Assembly (NCBI GenBank): GCA_963666365.2
Contig: CAXXNF010000002.1
Span: 384,001-448,000, forward strand
Length of the DNA: 64,000 nt
Direction: 5' to 3'
Origin: Syntrophales bacterium
Lineage (GTDB): Bacteria; Desulfobacterota; Syntrophia; Syntrophales; UBA2210
The notes under the pieces were generated by a model. The model did no database searches. It had not been told where the DNA came from and saw nothing but the letters and a program-made list of their open reading frames with translations. How positions within the stretch are numbered: the stretch's first letter is position 1; every line of letters starts with the position of its first letter. This document shows, piece by piece, positions 11,454 to 21,999 of this stretch. A program made the position numbers and the translations under genes.

Positions 11454-13244
11454 GTGAAAGGCAAAATTGTGGTGATGGCCGAAGATCTTGCACACAAGAT
11501 CGCCGCCGGGGAAGTGGTGGAGCGACCTGCATCAATTGTAAAGGAGTTGCTTGAAAATTCCATCGATGCCGGCGCCACGGATATTACCGTTGAAATTGAA
11601 GGTGGGGGCAATGCCTTGATACAGGTCCGGGACAACGGAGAGGGAATTGAAGCATCCGATGTGCCGCTGGTTTTTCAGCGACACGCGACAAGCAAGATCT
11701 ATTCTTTTGATGATCTCTATCACATCAATTCTCTGGGATTTCGAGGGGAGGCAATGAGCAGCATCGCCGCAGTGTCCCGTGTGGAAATGGTCACGAAGAC
11801 GAAAGATGCCGTTGCCGGGACAAAAATTCTCGTGGATGGCGGGACGGTCAGGGAGATTGTCGATGTGGGGTGTCCGGAGGGAACATTGATCAGGGTGAGC
11901 GACATCTTTTACAATACGCCGGTTCGCAGAAAATTCATGAAAAAGGCATCGACGGAACAGTCACATTGCCTTGAGGTGATTTCCAGGCTTGCACTTGCGA
12001 GGCCTCGCATAAAATTCCGAGTAATAAGTGGAACGAAAACGCTTCTTAACGTGCAAAAAACGGCTGATCTGGAAGAGAGGATTGCACTGGTTCTCGGAGG
12101 CGATTTCCGGAACCATGCACTGTCGGTCGACGGCATGCGGGGCGCCATGCGTCTGAGGGGCCTTGCCGCCGGACCTTCCTTCACACGATCAAACGGAAAC
12201 AACATTATTATTTACGTAAACAATCGTGTGGTCCGTGACGGTCTTCTCAATCAGGCGGTTTTGGCCGCCTACCGTCCCGCGATAGAGGCAAGGAAATACC
12301 CGGCGGCGGTACTGTTTCTCGATATCCCGCCGGAAGAAGTGGATGTCAATGTGCATCCTGCAAAACGAGAGGTCAGATTCAGGGAGCCGGGCACGATATT
12401 CGGGTTTATTTCATCGGTGCTTGCGGAAAGGCTGGCGAAAATAGATATTGCCCAGGGCGCCGCAGTGTATGAAAAAAAACCATTGACCTCCGGTGCGGCG
12501 TCGGATGGACGAAAGGGCGTAGCCGAGGCATTGAGGCGGTATACGCTCTCTTCAGGGACAAAGTCGCTGTTCCCCGCGGCAGAAGTCCATGCCTCTGCCT
12601 CCCGCTCCCCGGAAAAGATGGTCTTCCCTTCGTCGTCGGAACCGTACGACAAGAACGCCGGCGATCTCACATTCTCGTCCCTGCAGTTTATGGGACAGAT
12701 TGGCGGCACCTACCTTGTGTTTTCCTCAGGAGATCGGCTGGTACTCATAGACCAGCATGCCGCCCATGAAAGAATACTCTTCGAGAGATTAAAGAGATCA
12801 GAGGCGAAAAGCCAAAGTCAACGGTTGTTGCTTCCTGAAATTGTGGAATTCACACCGGCGGATCATGCGCGTTTCATAGAACAGAGCCAGTTCTTCACCG
12901 ATGCTGGGTTTGAGATCGAGCCTCTCGGTGCGCACACCATCTCAGTGAAGGCCGTGCCTGCACTACTTTCAGGCGAGGACATTTCCCTTCTTATTCAGGA
13001 TGCAATAGATGAAATTGAGAAAACGGGAAAGAATGACACCCTTGAAATTATGAAAGAAAGGCTGTTTGCCTTCATTGCCTGCCGGGCAGCGGTAAAGGCT
13101 CACCATCGAATGAGCGAAGAAGAGGCAGACCGTCTGTGTAAAGATCTTGATGCGACCCCTTACGGCGCCGCCTGTCCCCACGGCAGGCCGACATTCGTGA
13201 TAATAGACGCCGCCGCGTTGGAAAGAATGTTTAAAAGGAGATAG
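11454..13244 (+). CDS. mutL: DNA mismatch repair protein MutL
   Basis: IAAGEVVERP, GFRGEA, DVNVHPAK, DQHAAHER endonuclease motif, CPHGRP. Confidence 0.97.
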   Translation: MKGKIVVMAEDLAHKIAAGEVVERPASIVKELLENSIDAGATDITVEIEGGGNALIQVRDNGEGIEASDVPLVFQRHATSKIYSFDDLYHINSLGFRGEAMSSIAAVSRVEMVTKTKDAVAGTKILVDGGTVREIVDVGCPEGTLIRVSDIFYNTPVRRKFMKKASTEQSHCLEVISRLALARPRIKFRVISGTKTLLNVQKTADLEERIALVLGGDFRNHALSVDGMRGAMRLRGLAAGPSFTRSNGNNIIIYVNNRVVRDGLLNQAVLAAYRPAIEARKYPAAVLFLDIPPEEVDVNVHPAKREVRFREPGTIFGFISSVLAERLAKIDIAQGAAVYEKKPLTSGAASDGRKGVAEALRRYTLSSGTKSLFPAAEVHASASRSPEKMVFPSSSEPYDKNAGDLTFSSLQFMGQIGGTYLVFSSGDRLVLIDQHAAHERILFERLKRSEAKSQSQRLLLPEIVEFTPADHARFIEQSQFFTDAGFEIEPLGAHTISVKAVPALLSGEDISLLIQDAIDEIEKTGKNDTLEIMKERLFAFIACRAAVKAHHRMSEEEADRLCKDLDATPYGAACPHGRPTFVIIDAAALERMFKRR

Positions 13245-13251
13245 TGCATAT

Positions 13252-14208
13252 ATGATCATCGCGGCAGCCGAAAAGCCGAGAGTAGTGATAATCCTTGGTC
13301 CCACGGCCGCAGGGAAGACGAGAGCGGCCATTGAGATGGCTCCACGGTTTTCGGGAGAGATTATCAGTGCCGACTCAATGCAGGTGTATCGGTACCTGAA
13401 CATCGGCACAGCAAAACCAAAGGCGGAAGAACAACGAAGTGTGAGACACCACCTCATTGATGTGGTCGACCCGGATGAGGAGTACAGCGCCGCCCGCTTT
13501 GCCGAAGAGGCCGGTCTGTGTATTGAGAAAATCATTGCACAGGGTAAGGTTCCCTTTATTGTAGGTGGAACCGGATTGTATATCGACTCGCTTCTTGGAG
13601 GGCTTATTGAAGGTCCGCCGGCCGATCCGGAACTGAGGGCGTATTATAAAAGACACGCTGTACAGCACGGCAGTTCAGACCTTCATCAACTACTTCACAG
13701 ACGCGATGCGGCGGCGGCCGCGAGAATTCATCCTCACGATACGGTCAGAATAATCCGGGCGCTTGAGGTGTGGGAATACACCGGCCGGTCGATCGTATCC
13801 CGTCAGAGAGACCATGGGTTCAAGGAAGAGAGGTATTATTGTATAAAGATAGGATTGAATGCGGAAAGGTCCCATCTTTTCGAAAGAATCAGCGAAAGGG
13901 CAACCCGAATGATTCAGGACGGATTGATTCAGGAAGTGGAGGATCTGCTTTCCAGGGGGTACCCTGACAGGTGTCTCCCCTTGCAGTCATTTTCATATCG
14001 ATCAGTCATGGAATTTCTTAAGGGTAAACTTTCCATTGAGGAGATGCATAGCATTATAGCACGGGACACACGGCATTATGCAAAGCGCCAGCTGACCTGG
14101 TTTAAGCGGGACAATCACATTGTGTGGTTTAAGCCCCGGGAATCCGATCGTATCGAGGAAACGGTACGACAGTTTCTGGAATCTCCGGATACCAGGCCAG
14201 TCGATTGA
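13252..14208 (+). CDS. miaA: tRNA dimethylallyltransferase
   Basis: GPTAAGKT, DSMQVY, GGTGLY, YAKRQLTWF; follows mutL. Confidence 0.96.
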   Translation: MIIAAAEKPRVVIILGPTAAGKTRAAIEMAPRFSGEIISADSMQVYRYLNIGTAKPKAEEQRSVRHHLIDVVDPDEEYSAARFAEEAGLCIEKIIAQGKVPFIVGGTGLYIDSLLGGLIEGPPADPELRAYYKRHAVQHGSSDLHQLLHRRDAAAAARIHPHDTVRIIRALEVWEYTGRSIVSRQRDHGFKEERYYCIKIGLNAERSHLFERISERATRMIQDGLIQEVEDLLSRGYPDRCLPLQSFSYRSVMEFLKGKLSIEEMHSIIARDTRHYAKRQLTWFKRDNHIVWFKPRESDRIEETVRQFLESPDTRPVD

Positions 14209-14285
14209 AAAATTATCGCTGCGGCTGAGATATGTTTTTTCAACTCTGCAGAGAACGCCGGAAAACTACTTGACTTCCCCATGGT

Positions 14286-15488
14286 ATGAATATAACTATT
14301 CAACCGATATTTATCGGTGACTTACTGAGGACGCACATGAATCTCGGTTCAACGGAAAATCGAATCATCGTCGGGAAGAAATACGCCAGGATTCTGCTGG
14401 GGATCCTTTATTGTGTTGTTGCCATCTCCTGCACGGTTTCCGAGCGAAAACCCCTGAGCATTCTTGATACGTCGCATCATCATACCTATACGGGCATTGT
14501 TATGATGAAGCAGGGAAAGTACAGGGACGCAAGGCGTGAGTTCGATCTTTCACTGGAACTCAATAATAAAGAAGCGAAGAGCTATGCTGGAATAGCCCTT
14601 ATTAACGCATACGAGGGTGAATACAAAAGCGCTTTCGAATATATGGCGAAAGCGGAACAGTACGCCCAAAAAAAGGAAGAAAAACTTTTTGTGTACATTG
14701 GAAAATTGAGACTCTACACGATGAGCCGGGAGGGAGAAGACTGGATATCGAAGGCCCGCAGTCAATTCGAAAGTGCCTGTGCAATTAATTCACGCGCATC
14801 GGTTGCATACTATTTCATGGGACTTGCGTTCAAAATGAACTTTGAATTCAGCAATGCGGGCGCCATGTTTGTCAAGGTGCTTGATCTCAATGATGAATAC
14901 GTGGAAGAGGCAAACAGGGAATGGAAACTCATAAAGAAAATATTGAGCGTACAGCCTTTAACCCTGACCGGGAAAAAGATTGCTATCGCAGATACGGTGA
15001 CGAGAGCGGAAGTTGCCGCGCTGCTTATAGAAGAATTACAACTCGATGAACTTTACAGGAGGCTGGGAATACAAAATTCGGAAACCCTTGCCGCGCAAAT
15101 TCAATCGAAGGCAGCGCCATACCCGTATCAGGGGGATGTGGAGAAAATCCTTCAAATCGGGGTGAAAGGACTGGAATTGTATCCCGATGGTGAGTTTCAT
15201 CCTCACGATTTGGTCACAAGGGTAATATTGGCCGTTATAATTGTCGATGTAATGAAAAAAATCACAAAAGATGTCTCCCTCGTGCAGTCCTATGAGGCCA
15301 TGGCGTCGCCCTACAAGAACCTGAGTCAGGATTTGCCCTATTACGGAGAGATCATGACCGTTCTGTCAATAGGGATAATGGACGCGGGGACATTGACATC
15401 AAGCAGGCTGGCGCCCTACGAGCCGCTGTCAGGGATCGATGCGCTTGTCGCACTGCAAGAGCTGAAGGACGTGCTCATTAATTTATGA
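14286..15488 (+). CDS. TPR-repeat, S-layer-homology-like putative lipoprotein
   Basis: Hydrophobic stretch ending AISC, TPR-like helices, TRAEVAALL and YPDGEFHP SLH-like motifs; start codon uncertain. Confidence 0.7.
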   Translation: MNITIQPIFIGDLLRTHMNLGSTENRIIVGKKYARILLGILYCVVAISCTVSERKPLSILDTSHHHTYTGIVMMKQGKYRDARREFDLSLELNNKEAKSYAGIALINAYEGEYKSAFEYMAKAEQYAQKKEEKLFVYIGKLRLYTMSREGEDWISKARSQFESACAINSRASVAYYFMGLAFKMNFEFSNAGAMFVKVLDLNDEYVEEANREWKLIKKILSVQPLTLTGKKIAIADTVTRAEVAALLIEELQLDELYRRLGIQNSETLAAQIQSKAAPYPYQGDVEKILQIGVKGLELYPDGEFHPHDLVTRVILAVIIVDVMKKITKDVSLVQSYEAMASPYKNLSQDLPYYGEIMTVLSIGIMDAGTLTSSRLAPYEPLSGIDALVALQELKDVLINL

Positions 15489-15558
15489 TGAATGCCGCTG
15501 TCGATGCGCCATATGTTTCTGGGGCGATAAAAAACTGATTCACAGGGAAGTATATACT

Positions 15559-18216
15559 ATGACGAAGGAAGAATTGAACAAATCGTACGAGCCTCGTGAA
15601 GTTGAGGCGAAATGGTATCAGGAATGGCTGGAAAAATCGTTTTTCAGGGCTGAGGACAAAAGTGATAAACAACCCTTTGCAATAGTGATTCCACCACCAA
15701 ATGTCACGGGAATGCTCCATATGGGTCATGCCCTGAACAATACCCTCCAGGACATCGTGATCCGTCGAAAAAGAATGCAGGGCTGCAATGCGCTTTGGAT
15801 GCCCGGCACTGATCATGCGGGTATTGCCACACAGAATGTGGTGGAACAGGAGCTGGCCAAAGAGGGGATAAGCAGGCATGACATAGGGCGAGAAGCATTC
15901 ATCGAACGGGTTTGGGAATGGCGTGAAAAATACGGCGGCATAATATTGAACCAGTTGAGAAAGCTGGGATGTTCCTGTGACTGGTCGCGTGAGCGGTTTA
16001 CCATGGATGAGGGGCTTTCAAGAGCAGTGCGAGAGGTGTTTGTGCGCCTCTATAAAGACGGCATGATCTATCAGGATGATTACATTGTCAACTGGTGCCC
16101 TCGATGCCATACGGCGATATCGGATCTGGAAGTCGAATACGAAACGGAGGCAACCCATCTGTGGCACATCCGGTATCCCTATGCGGATGGCGCCGGTGAA
16201 ATAGTCGTTGCCACCACGCGTCCTGAAACAATGCTTGGTGATACCGCCGTAGCGGTAAATCCCGATGATGAGCGGTACAAAGACATAATCGGAAAGACGG
16301 TGATTCTCCCGCTGATGAACAAGGAAATACCTGTAATAGCGGACGACTACGTGTCGAAAGAATTCGGCACGGGTGCGGTGAAGATTACTCCGTCCGCCGA
16401 TCCGAACGACTTCGCCATGGCGCAACGGCACAACCTGGACATCGTCATCATTATGGACGGCCATGCAATCATCAATGAAAATGGCGGTTCCTATCAGGGT
16501 CAGGACTGTTATACCTGCAGAAAGAATGTGGTGGAAGACCTCAAGACCCAGGGATACTTTATCAAAGAGGAACCTTACACGCACAATGTAGGGCGCTGCT
16601 ACCGGTGCAAGACCGTGGTTGAACCCATGGTTTCGAAACAGTGGTTCGTCAGGGTCAAGGAACTTTCCCGGGCCGCAACTGCAGCAGTGGTAAAGGGTGA
16701 AACGAAAATTGTGCCACCTATGTGGGAGGGCACCTATTTTGATTGGCTTGAAAATATCCGAGACTGGTGTATATCACGACAGATATGGTGGGGACATAGA
16801 ATCCCTGTGTGGTATTGTGACGAGTGCGGAAAAATTATCGTGGCGACGGAGGCGCCGAAAGAATGTCCCGAATGCGCCAATAGTTCGCTCAGACAGGATG
16901 AGGACGTACTGGACACGTGGTTCAGTTCCGGTCTCTGGCCTTTCTCTACGCTCGGATGGCCCGACGATACCGAAGCCCTTGCCACGTTTTACCCCACATC
17001 GCTTCTGATTACGGGATTCGATATCATATTCTTCTGGGTGGCCAGAATGATGATGATGGGGCTTTACGTCATGAAGGATGTCCCCTTCCGCACCGTCTAT
17101 CTCCATGCCCTTGTCCGCGACGAAAAGGGCGATAAAATGAGCAAGTCCAAGGGAAACATCATTGATCCGCTCAAAATGATTGATAAATACGGTGCCGATG
17201 CCTTTCGGTTTACCCTGGCTGCCTTTACCGCACAGGGACGGGACGTCAAAATGTCGGAGGCGAGGATCGAAGGGTACCGACATTTTGTCAACAAGCTCTG
17301 GAATGCCTCCAGATTTTGCATGATGAATCTGGAAGACGACAATGAAGAGGGTGGTGTGAAAAGTGAAGACTATTCGCTGGCAGATCGCTGGATCAAAGCA
17401 AGGTTAAATCAGACGATCATCGACGTAAACGGGGCGCTTGAGGAGTACCGATTTAATGATGCAACGGGAAAGCTCTATCAATTCGTATGGCATGAGTTCT
17501 GCGACTGGTATCTCGAGATGATAAAGCCTGTCCTTTATGGGACCGATTCGCAGGGCGCAAAGCGGGCTGCCCGGGAAACATTGCGTATCGTGCTGAGGGA
17601 TGCCATAAAACTCCTTCATCCCTTCATTCCTTTTGTGACGGAAGAAATATGGCAGCACATTGCCGACAACGGCAAATCGATTATGATAAGCGAGTATCCG
17701 GAACCACGGGAAGAACTGATCGACCGCGAAGCGGATGCCAGGGTTGCATTTTTGAAGGACATTATCACATCGATACGCAATATCAGAGGAGTCATGCATG
17801 TCCCTCCGTCCAAGAAAATGAAAGCGATAGTGGCCTGTCCCGAGGAATCGCTGCGGCACGTTGCAGTGGAAGGCAAGGATTATATCATCGATCTTGCCGG
17901 CCTCAGCGAATGTGCCGTTGTTGACGAGGCCATTGAGCCGGAAGGCGCCGCCGTCGGGGTGGTCGGTTCAGTGAAGGTGTACGTATTTCTTGGCGGGATG
18001 ATCGATATTGCAAAAGAGCGGGCACGGCTTGAAAAGGAACGGGCAAAAATCACGAAGGACATGGAAGTCGTATCGAAAAAACTGGCAAATCCTCACTTTA
18101 TGGAAAAGGCCTCGGAAGAGATAGTCCGGAAAGAAGAGGATAAATACGCCGCGCTGAAGGAAAAAGACGGCATCCTTCAGGACGCATTGATGAATCTTTC
18201 AACCATCAGGGTATAG
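15559..18216 (+). CDS. valS: Valine--tRNA ligase
   Basis: PPPNVTGMLHMGH, KMSKS, C-terminal coiled coil. Confidence 0.98.
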   Translation: MTKEELNKSYEPREVEAKWYQEWLEKSFFRAEDKSDKQPFAIVIPPPNVTGMLHMGHALNNTLQDIVIRRKRMQGCNALWMPGTDHAGIATQNVVEQELAKEGISRHDIGREAFIERVWEWREKYGGIILNQLRKLGCSCDWSRERFTMDEGLSRAVREVFVRLYKDGMIYQDDYIVNWCPRCHTAISDLEVEYETEATHLWHIRYPYADGAGEIVVATTRPETMLGDTAVAVNPDDERYKDIIGKTVILPLMNKEIPVIADDYVSKEFGTGAVKITPSADPNDFAMAQRHNLDIVIIMDGHAIINENGGSYQGQDCYTCRKNVVEDLKTQGYFIKEEPYTHNVGRCYRCKTVVEPMVSKQWFVRVKELSRAATAAVVKGETKIVPPMWEGTYFDWLENIRDWCISRQIWWGHRIPVWYCDECGKIIVATEAPKECPECANSSLRQDEDVLDTWFSSGLWPFSTLGWPDDTEALATFYPTSLLITGFDIIFFWVARMMMMGLYVMKDVPFRTVYLHALVRDEKGDKMSKSKGNIIDPLKMIDKYGADAFRFTLAAFTAQGRDVKMSEARIEGYRHFVNKLWNASRFCMMNLEDDNEEGGVKSEDYSLADRWIKARLNQTIIDVNGALEEYRFNDATGKLYQFVWHEFCDWYLEMIKPVLYGTDSQGAKRAARETLRIVLRDAIKLLHPFIPFVTEEIWQHIADNGKSIMISEYPEPREELIDREADARVAFLKDIITSIRNIRGVMHVPPSKKMKAIVACPEESLRHVAVEGKDYIIDLAGLSECAVVDEAIEPEGAAVGVVGSVKVYVFLGGMIDIAKERARLEKERAKITKDMEVVSKKLANPHFMEKASEEIVRKEEDKYAALKEKDGILQDALMNLSTIRV

Positions 18217-18217
18217 T

Positions 18218-19066
18218 ATGGACGTCACAGGCAGCATACATGATCTGGTGTTGCGGGCTCTTGATGAAGATATAGGATCGGGGGATGTAACCGCCTCTGC
18301 CCTGCTCGGAGAGTGTGAAAAGGGAGAGGCCAGAGCAATTGCGAAAAGCCCTCTTGTGGTTGCAGGTCTCGATGTGTTCAGGGAAGTGTTTATGGCGGTG
18401 GACAGTGCCGTTGAACTGCAAGGCGATCACCAGGATGGTGACCGCCTTGAGACAGGCGAAGAGATTGCCCGAGTTACCGGCCTGTGTAAGGGCATTCTTA
18501 TGGCTGAGCGGGTGGCCCTGAATTTTCTCCAGCGTATGAGCGGCATTGCCACATTGACCAGCGCCTTCGTAAAAGAAGTTGCCGGTACGGGGGTGCGCAT
18601 ACTCGATACGAGAAAAACGACGCCGGGAATGAGAATTCTGGAAAAGTACGCAGTACGGGTTGGCGGAGGCCTGAATCACCGCTTCGGTCTTTACGGCGGA
18701 GCGATGATAAAGGAAAATCATATTGCCGCAGCCGGCGGGATAGCCGAAGCGGTCGAAAAGGTGAGAAGGAGCATACCGCCGACGCTGAAGGTGGAACTGG
18801 AAGTAAAAAATATTTCGGAAGTGAAAGAGGCCTTGAACGCGAAGGTTGATATCATCATGCTTGATAACATGGCCTCCGGCGACATGCGCGACGCCGTAAC
18901 GCTGATAGCGAAAAGGGCGCTCGTTGAAGCCTCCGGCAATGTCACCCTTTCCAATGTACGGGAAATTGCACAGACCGGTGTGGATTTTATATCAATCGGT
19001 GTACTGACTCATTCTGCTCCTGCGGCAGACATATCTCTTCTTGTTGACAACTTGCGACGGCAATGA
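18218..19066 (+). CDS. nadC: Nicotinate-nucleotide diphosphorylase (carboxylating)
   Basis: DTRKTTPG, NHRFGL, KENH, MLDNM, EASG. Confidence 0.96.
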   Translation: MDVTGSIHDLVLRALDEDIGSGDVTASALLGECEKGEARAIAKSPLVVAGLDVFREVFMAVDSAVELQGDHQDGDRLETGEEIARVTGLCKGILMAERVALNFLQRMSGIATLTSAFVKEVAGTGVRILDTRKTTPGMRILEKYAVRVGGGLNHRFGLYGGAMIKENHIAAAGGIAEAVEKVRRSIPPTLKVELEVKNISEVKEALNAKVDIIMLDNMASGDMRDAVTLIAKRALVEASGNVTLSNVREIAQTGVDFISIGVLTHSAPAADISLLVDNLRRQ

Positions 19067-19863
19067 ATTCCATAGACATTGATGAAGTAAAGAAAGGCCT
19101 TGCGGGCTCTGTGATAGGATGCAGGGTTCATTTTCTCGAGGAAATCGATTCCACCAACACCTATGCAATGCGCCTGGCCGGTTTGGGTGCTGAAGAAGGA
19201 GAAGTGGTAATCGCCGAAAGCCAGAGCGGTGGACGGGGACGTCTGAGAGGCAGATCGTGGCAATCTCCTGCAGGAGTCAATCTCTATTGCTCCGTTATTC
19301 TCAGGCCATCCATCGATCCGGCCGTTGCTGCCTCAATGACGCTTATGGCGGGCGTCGCCGTTGCCGATGTGCTCTCCGAATACTGTCCGGGAAGGGTACA
19401 TCTGAAATGGCCAAATGATGTGCTGATCGGAGAAAAAAAAATCTGCGGCATTCTTACGGAGATGAAGACAAAAGAAGGCAGAATCGAGTATGTCATCGTC
19501 GGAATCGGTATCAATCTTAATATTGAGAAAAAGAATTTCGGTGAGGAGTTCAGGGCCCGATCGACATCGCTCCGGGAAGAATTATCGCATGTGGTTCCTA
19601 GAAGTGAGATAGCCGCGAAAGTGTTCAAAGCGCTGGACCTGTGGTATCACGCATTCCTTGTCGATGGATTTGCCCCGGTAAGGGCAAAATGGCTCGACTA
19701 CACCGGACTGCTGGGGAAAAGGGTCGAGGTGCAGGGCACAGGCGCCGTAGAGAGGGGAGTGGTGCTCGGAATAGACGAAGAAGGGGCCCTCGTTCTTGAA
19801 GATGACAGGTCAGAAATGCTTAAAATTATATCGGGCGACGTTTTTTTTAAAGAGGGGGAATAA
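19063..19863 (+). CDS. birA: Biotin--[acetyl-CoA-carboxylase] ligase (no HTH)
   Basis: DSTN, QSGGRGR, KWPND, KICGIL. Confidence 0.94.
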   Translation: MNSIDIDEVKKGLAGSVIGCRVHFLEEIDSTNTYAMRLAGLGAEEGEVVIAESQSGGRGRLRGRSWQSPAGVNLYCSVILRPSIDPAVAASMTLMAGVAVADVLSEYCPGRVHLKWPNDVLIGEKKICGILTEMKTKEGRIEYVIVGIGINLNIEKKNFGEEFRARSTSLREELSHVVPRSEIAAKVFKALDLWYHAFLVDGFAPVRAKWLDYTGLLGKRVEVQGTGAVERGVVLGIDEEGALVLEDDRSEMLKIISGDVFFKEGE

Positions 19864-19866
19864 ATT

Positions 19867-20637
19867 ATGCTGTTAGTAATCGACGTGGGAAACACAAATA
19901 CGGTGATCGGTCTTTACGACGGCGACGAGATGTCCCAATGGTGGCGTATCAGGACCGTTTCAGATCATACAATTGACGAATACGGTATGCTCATTCTGCA
20001 ACTCTACAATACGGTGAAGATAGAGACAAAGCGCATAGATGCAATCATAATTTCCTGCGTCGTTCCTCCCATGTTAAACATTCTGGAGCCGCTCTGCGAA
20101 AAGTATTTTCACGTGAAGCCTCTGATTATCGGTCCCGGTATCAAGACCGGTATGCCCATATATTACGACAATCCGAAGGAAGTGGGCGCCGACAGGATTG
20201 TCAATGCCGTTGCTGCGCACGAGAAATACGAGGGCAACCTGATTATTGTCGATTTCGGCACCGCCACCACCTTTGATTATGTAACGAAGAAAGGTGAATA
20301 TATGGGTGGCTGTATTGCGCCCGGCATCGCCATCTCAAGCGAGGCGCTTTTCGAGCGGGCCTCGAAACTGCCGAGGGTTGAGTTCGGCATACCAAAATCG
20401 ATCATTGCAAAGGACACGGTCAGCAGCATGCAGGCAGGCATCATGTTTGGGTATGCGGGACTGATAGACGGCATTGTAGAGCGCATGAAACGGGAGGCAA
20501 AGAGCGAAGCGACGGTAATTGCGACAGGGGGGCTTGCCGTGGTGATCGCTCCTGAAACGAAAAGCATCGACAAGGTCGATGAAATGCTGACCCTTGACGG
20601 ATTGAGACTGATTTACATGAGGAACCGTAAAGATTGA
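19867..20637 (+). CDS. coaX: Type III pantothenate kinase
   Basis: IDVGNTN, GADR, DFGTATT, TGG. Confidence 0.95.
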   Translation: MLLVIDVGNTNTVIGLYDGDEMSQWWRIRTVSDHTIDEYGMLILQLYNTVKIETKRIDAIIISCVVPPMLNILEPLCEKYFHVKPLIIGPGIKTGMPIYYDNPKEVGADRIVNAVAAHEKYEGNLIIVDFGTATTFDYVTKKGEYMGGCIAPGIAISSEALFERASKLPRVEFGIPKSIIAKDTVSSMQAGIMFGYAGLIDGIVERMKREAKSEATVIATGGLAVVIAPETKSIDKVDEMLTLDGLRLIYMRNRKD

Positions 20638-20685
20638 TGGTGGATGAGAGGCTGAAGGAGCAAGGGAGCTCACCGGTTTCGGCCT

Positions 20686-21999
20686 TCAGTCCATTGCCTC
20701 CCTTTTCCATGCCGTAAGATCGGCACAGGCCCGCTCCGCATAGCGTGACCCTCGTTCCTTTTTTCGAAACCGCTTCTCGAGAGGGGGAAAGAGGCCGAAA
20801 TTCACATTCATCGGCTGAAAGGTTCTTTCGCTGCTTTCAGTAATATGACTGACAAGCGCACCAATGGCGGTCGTGCGAGGAGGGGGGATTGAAGGCATTC
20901 CGGAAAGATACCGGTACACTGATATCCCCGACCAAAGTCCCATGGCGCTCGACTCCAGATACCCTTCTACGCCGGTAATCTGACCCGCGAAAAAGAGAGA
21001 GGTCCTTTTTTTCAATTGCAACGATTTGCTGAGAAGCGCCGGCGCATTGAGAAAGGTGTTTCGATGAATGCTGCCGAAACGAGCAAATTCTGCCTTTTCG
21101 AGGCCGGGAATCATTCGGAAAATTCTTTGCTGTTCAGGGCGGGCAAGCTTGGTCTGAAATCCTACCATGTTATAGAGGGTGGCCTCGAGATTCTCCTGCC
21201 GCAGTTGAATCACCGCATGGGGCTGGGCGCCGGTTTTCGGGTCAATCAATCCGACCGGTTTCATGGGGCCGAAACGGAGTGTGTCGATGCCCCGCCTCGC
21301 CATTACCTCGACAGGCAGACATCCTTCGAAGCATTTTTTATCTTCAAAATCTCTGAGAAGAATTTCCCTTCCATTTAAAATTTCCTCCCGGAATTGCTCG
21401 TACTGTTCCTTCGTGAGAGGGCAGTTCAAATAGTCTCCTTCGCCCTCCTGATATCGTGAGGCGCGGAACGCCACAGTACCATCTATGGAGGAGGTTTCAA
21501 CGACCGGTGAAATTGCATCGTAAAAATAGAGATGTTCTCCACCGGTAATGCCCGAGATTGATTCTGCAAGGGCTTCCGATGTGAGAGGGCCCGTCGCGAT
21601 TATGCAGATAGGATCATCGGGAATGTGCGATACTTCACCCTGTAAAAGTCGAAAATTTCGTTGCGACAAGAGCCGCTTTTCGATGTAAAGAGAAAAGAGC
21701 GAACGATCCACGGCAAGGGCCTTGCCTGCGGGGACTCGCGTGGCGGCGGCGGCCTCCATTATAAGCGAGTCCAGCAATTTCATTTCGTGCTTAAGCAGAC
21801 CGACGGCGCTTTCGGGGCTTTCCGACCGAAAGGAATTACTGCAGACCAATTCAGCCAGATGGGGCGAACGGTGGGCCGGTGAAAAGAACGCAGGCTTCAT
21901 CTCCATAAGCTTAACGAAAAATCCCCTTCGAAGCAGTTGCCATGCCGCCTCGCAACCGGCCAGACCGCCACCGATAATGGTAACCTCAGGAAATTTCAT
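20686..21999 (-). CDS. trmFO: tRNA (uracil-54) methyltransferase TrmFO
   Basis: [36 protein letters not shown]. Confidence 0.96.
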   Translation of the reverse strand: MKFPEVTIIGGGLAGCEAAWQLLRRGFFVKLMEMKPAFFSPAHRSPHLAELVCSNSFRSESPESAVGLLKHEMKLLDSLIMEAAAATRVPAGKALAVDRSLFSLYIEKRLLSQRNFRLLQGEVSHIPDDPICIIATGPLTSEALAESISGITGGEHLYFYDAISPVVETSSIDGTVAFRASRYQEGEGDYLNCPLTKEQYEQFREEILNGREILLRDFEDKKCFEGCLPVEVMARRGIDTLRFGPMKPVGLIDPKTGAQPHAVIQLRQENLEATLYNMVGFQTKLARPEQQRIFRMIPGLEKAEFARFGSIHRNTFLNAPALLSKSLQLKKRTSLFFAGQITGVEGYLESSAMGLWSGISVYRYLSGMPSIPPPRTTAIGALVSHITESSERTFQPMNVNFGLFPPLEKRFRKKERGSRYAERACADLTAWKREAMD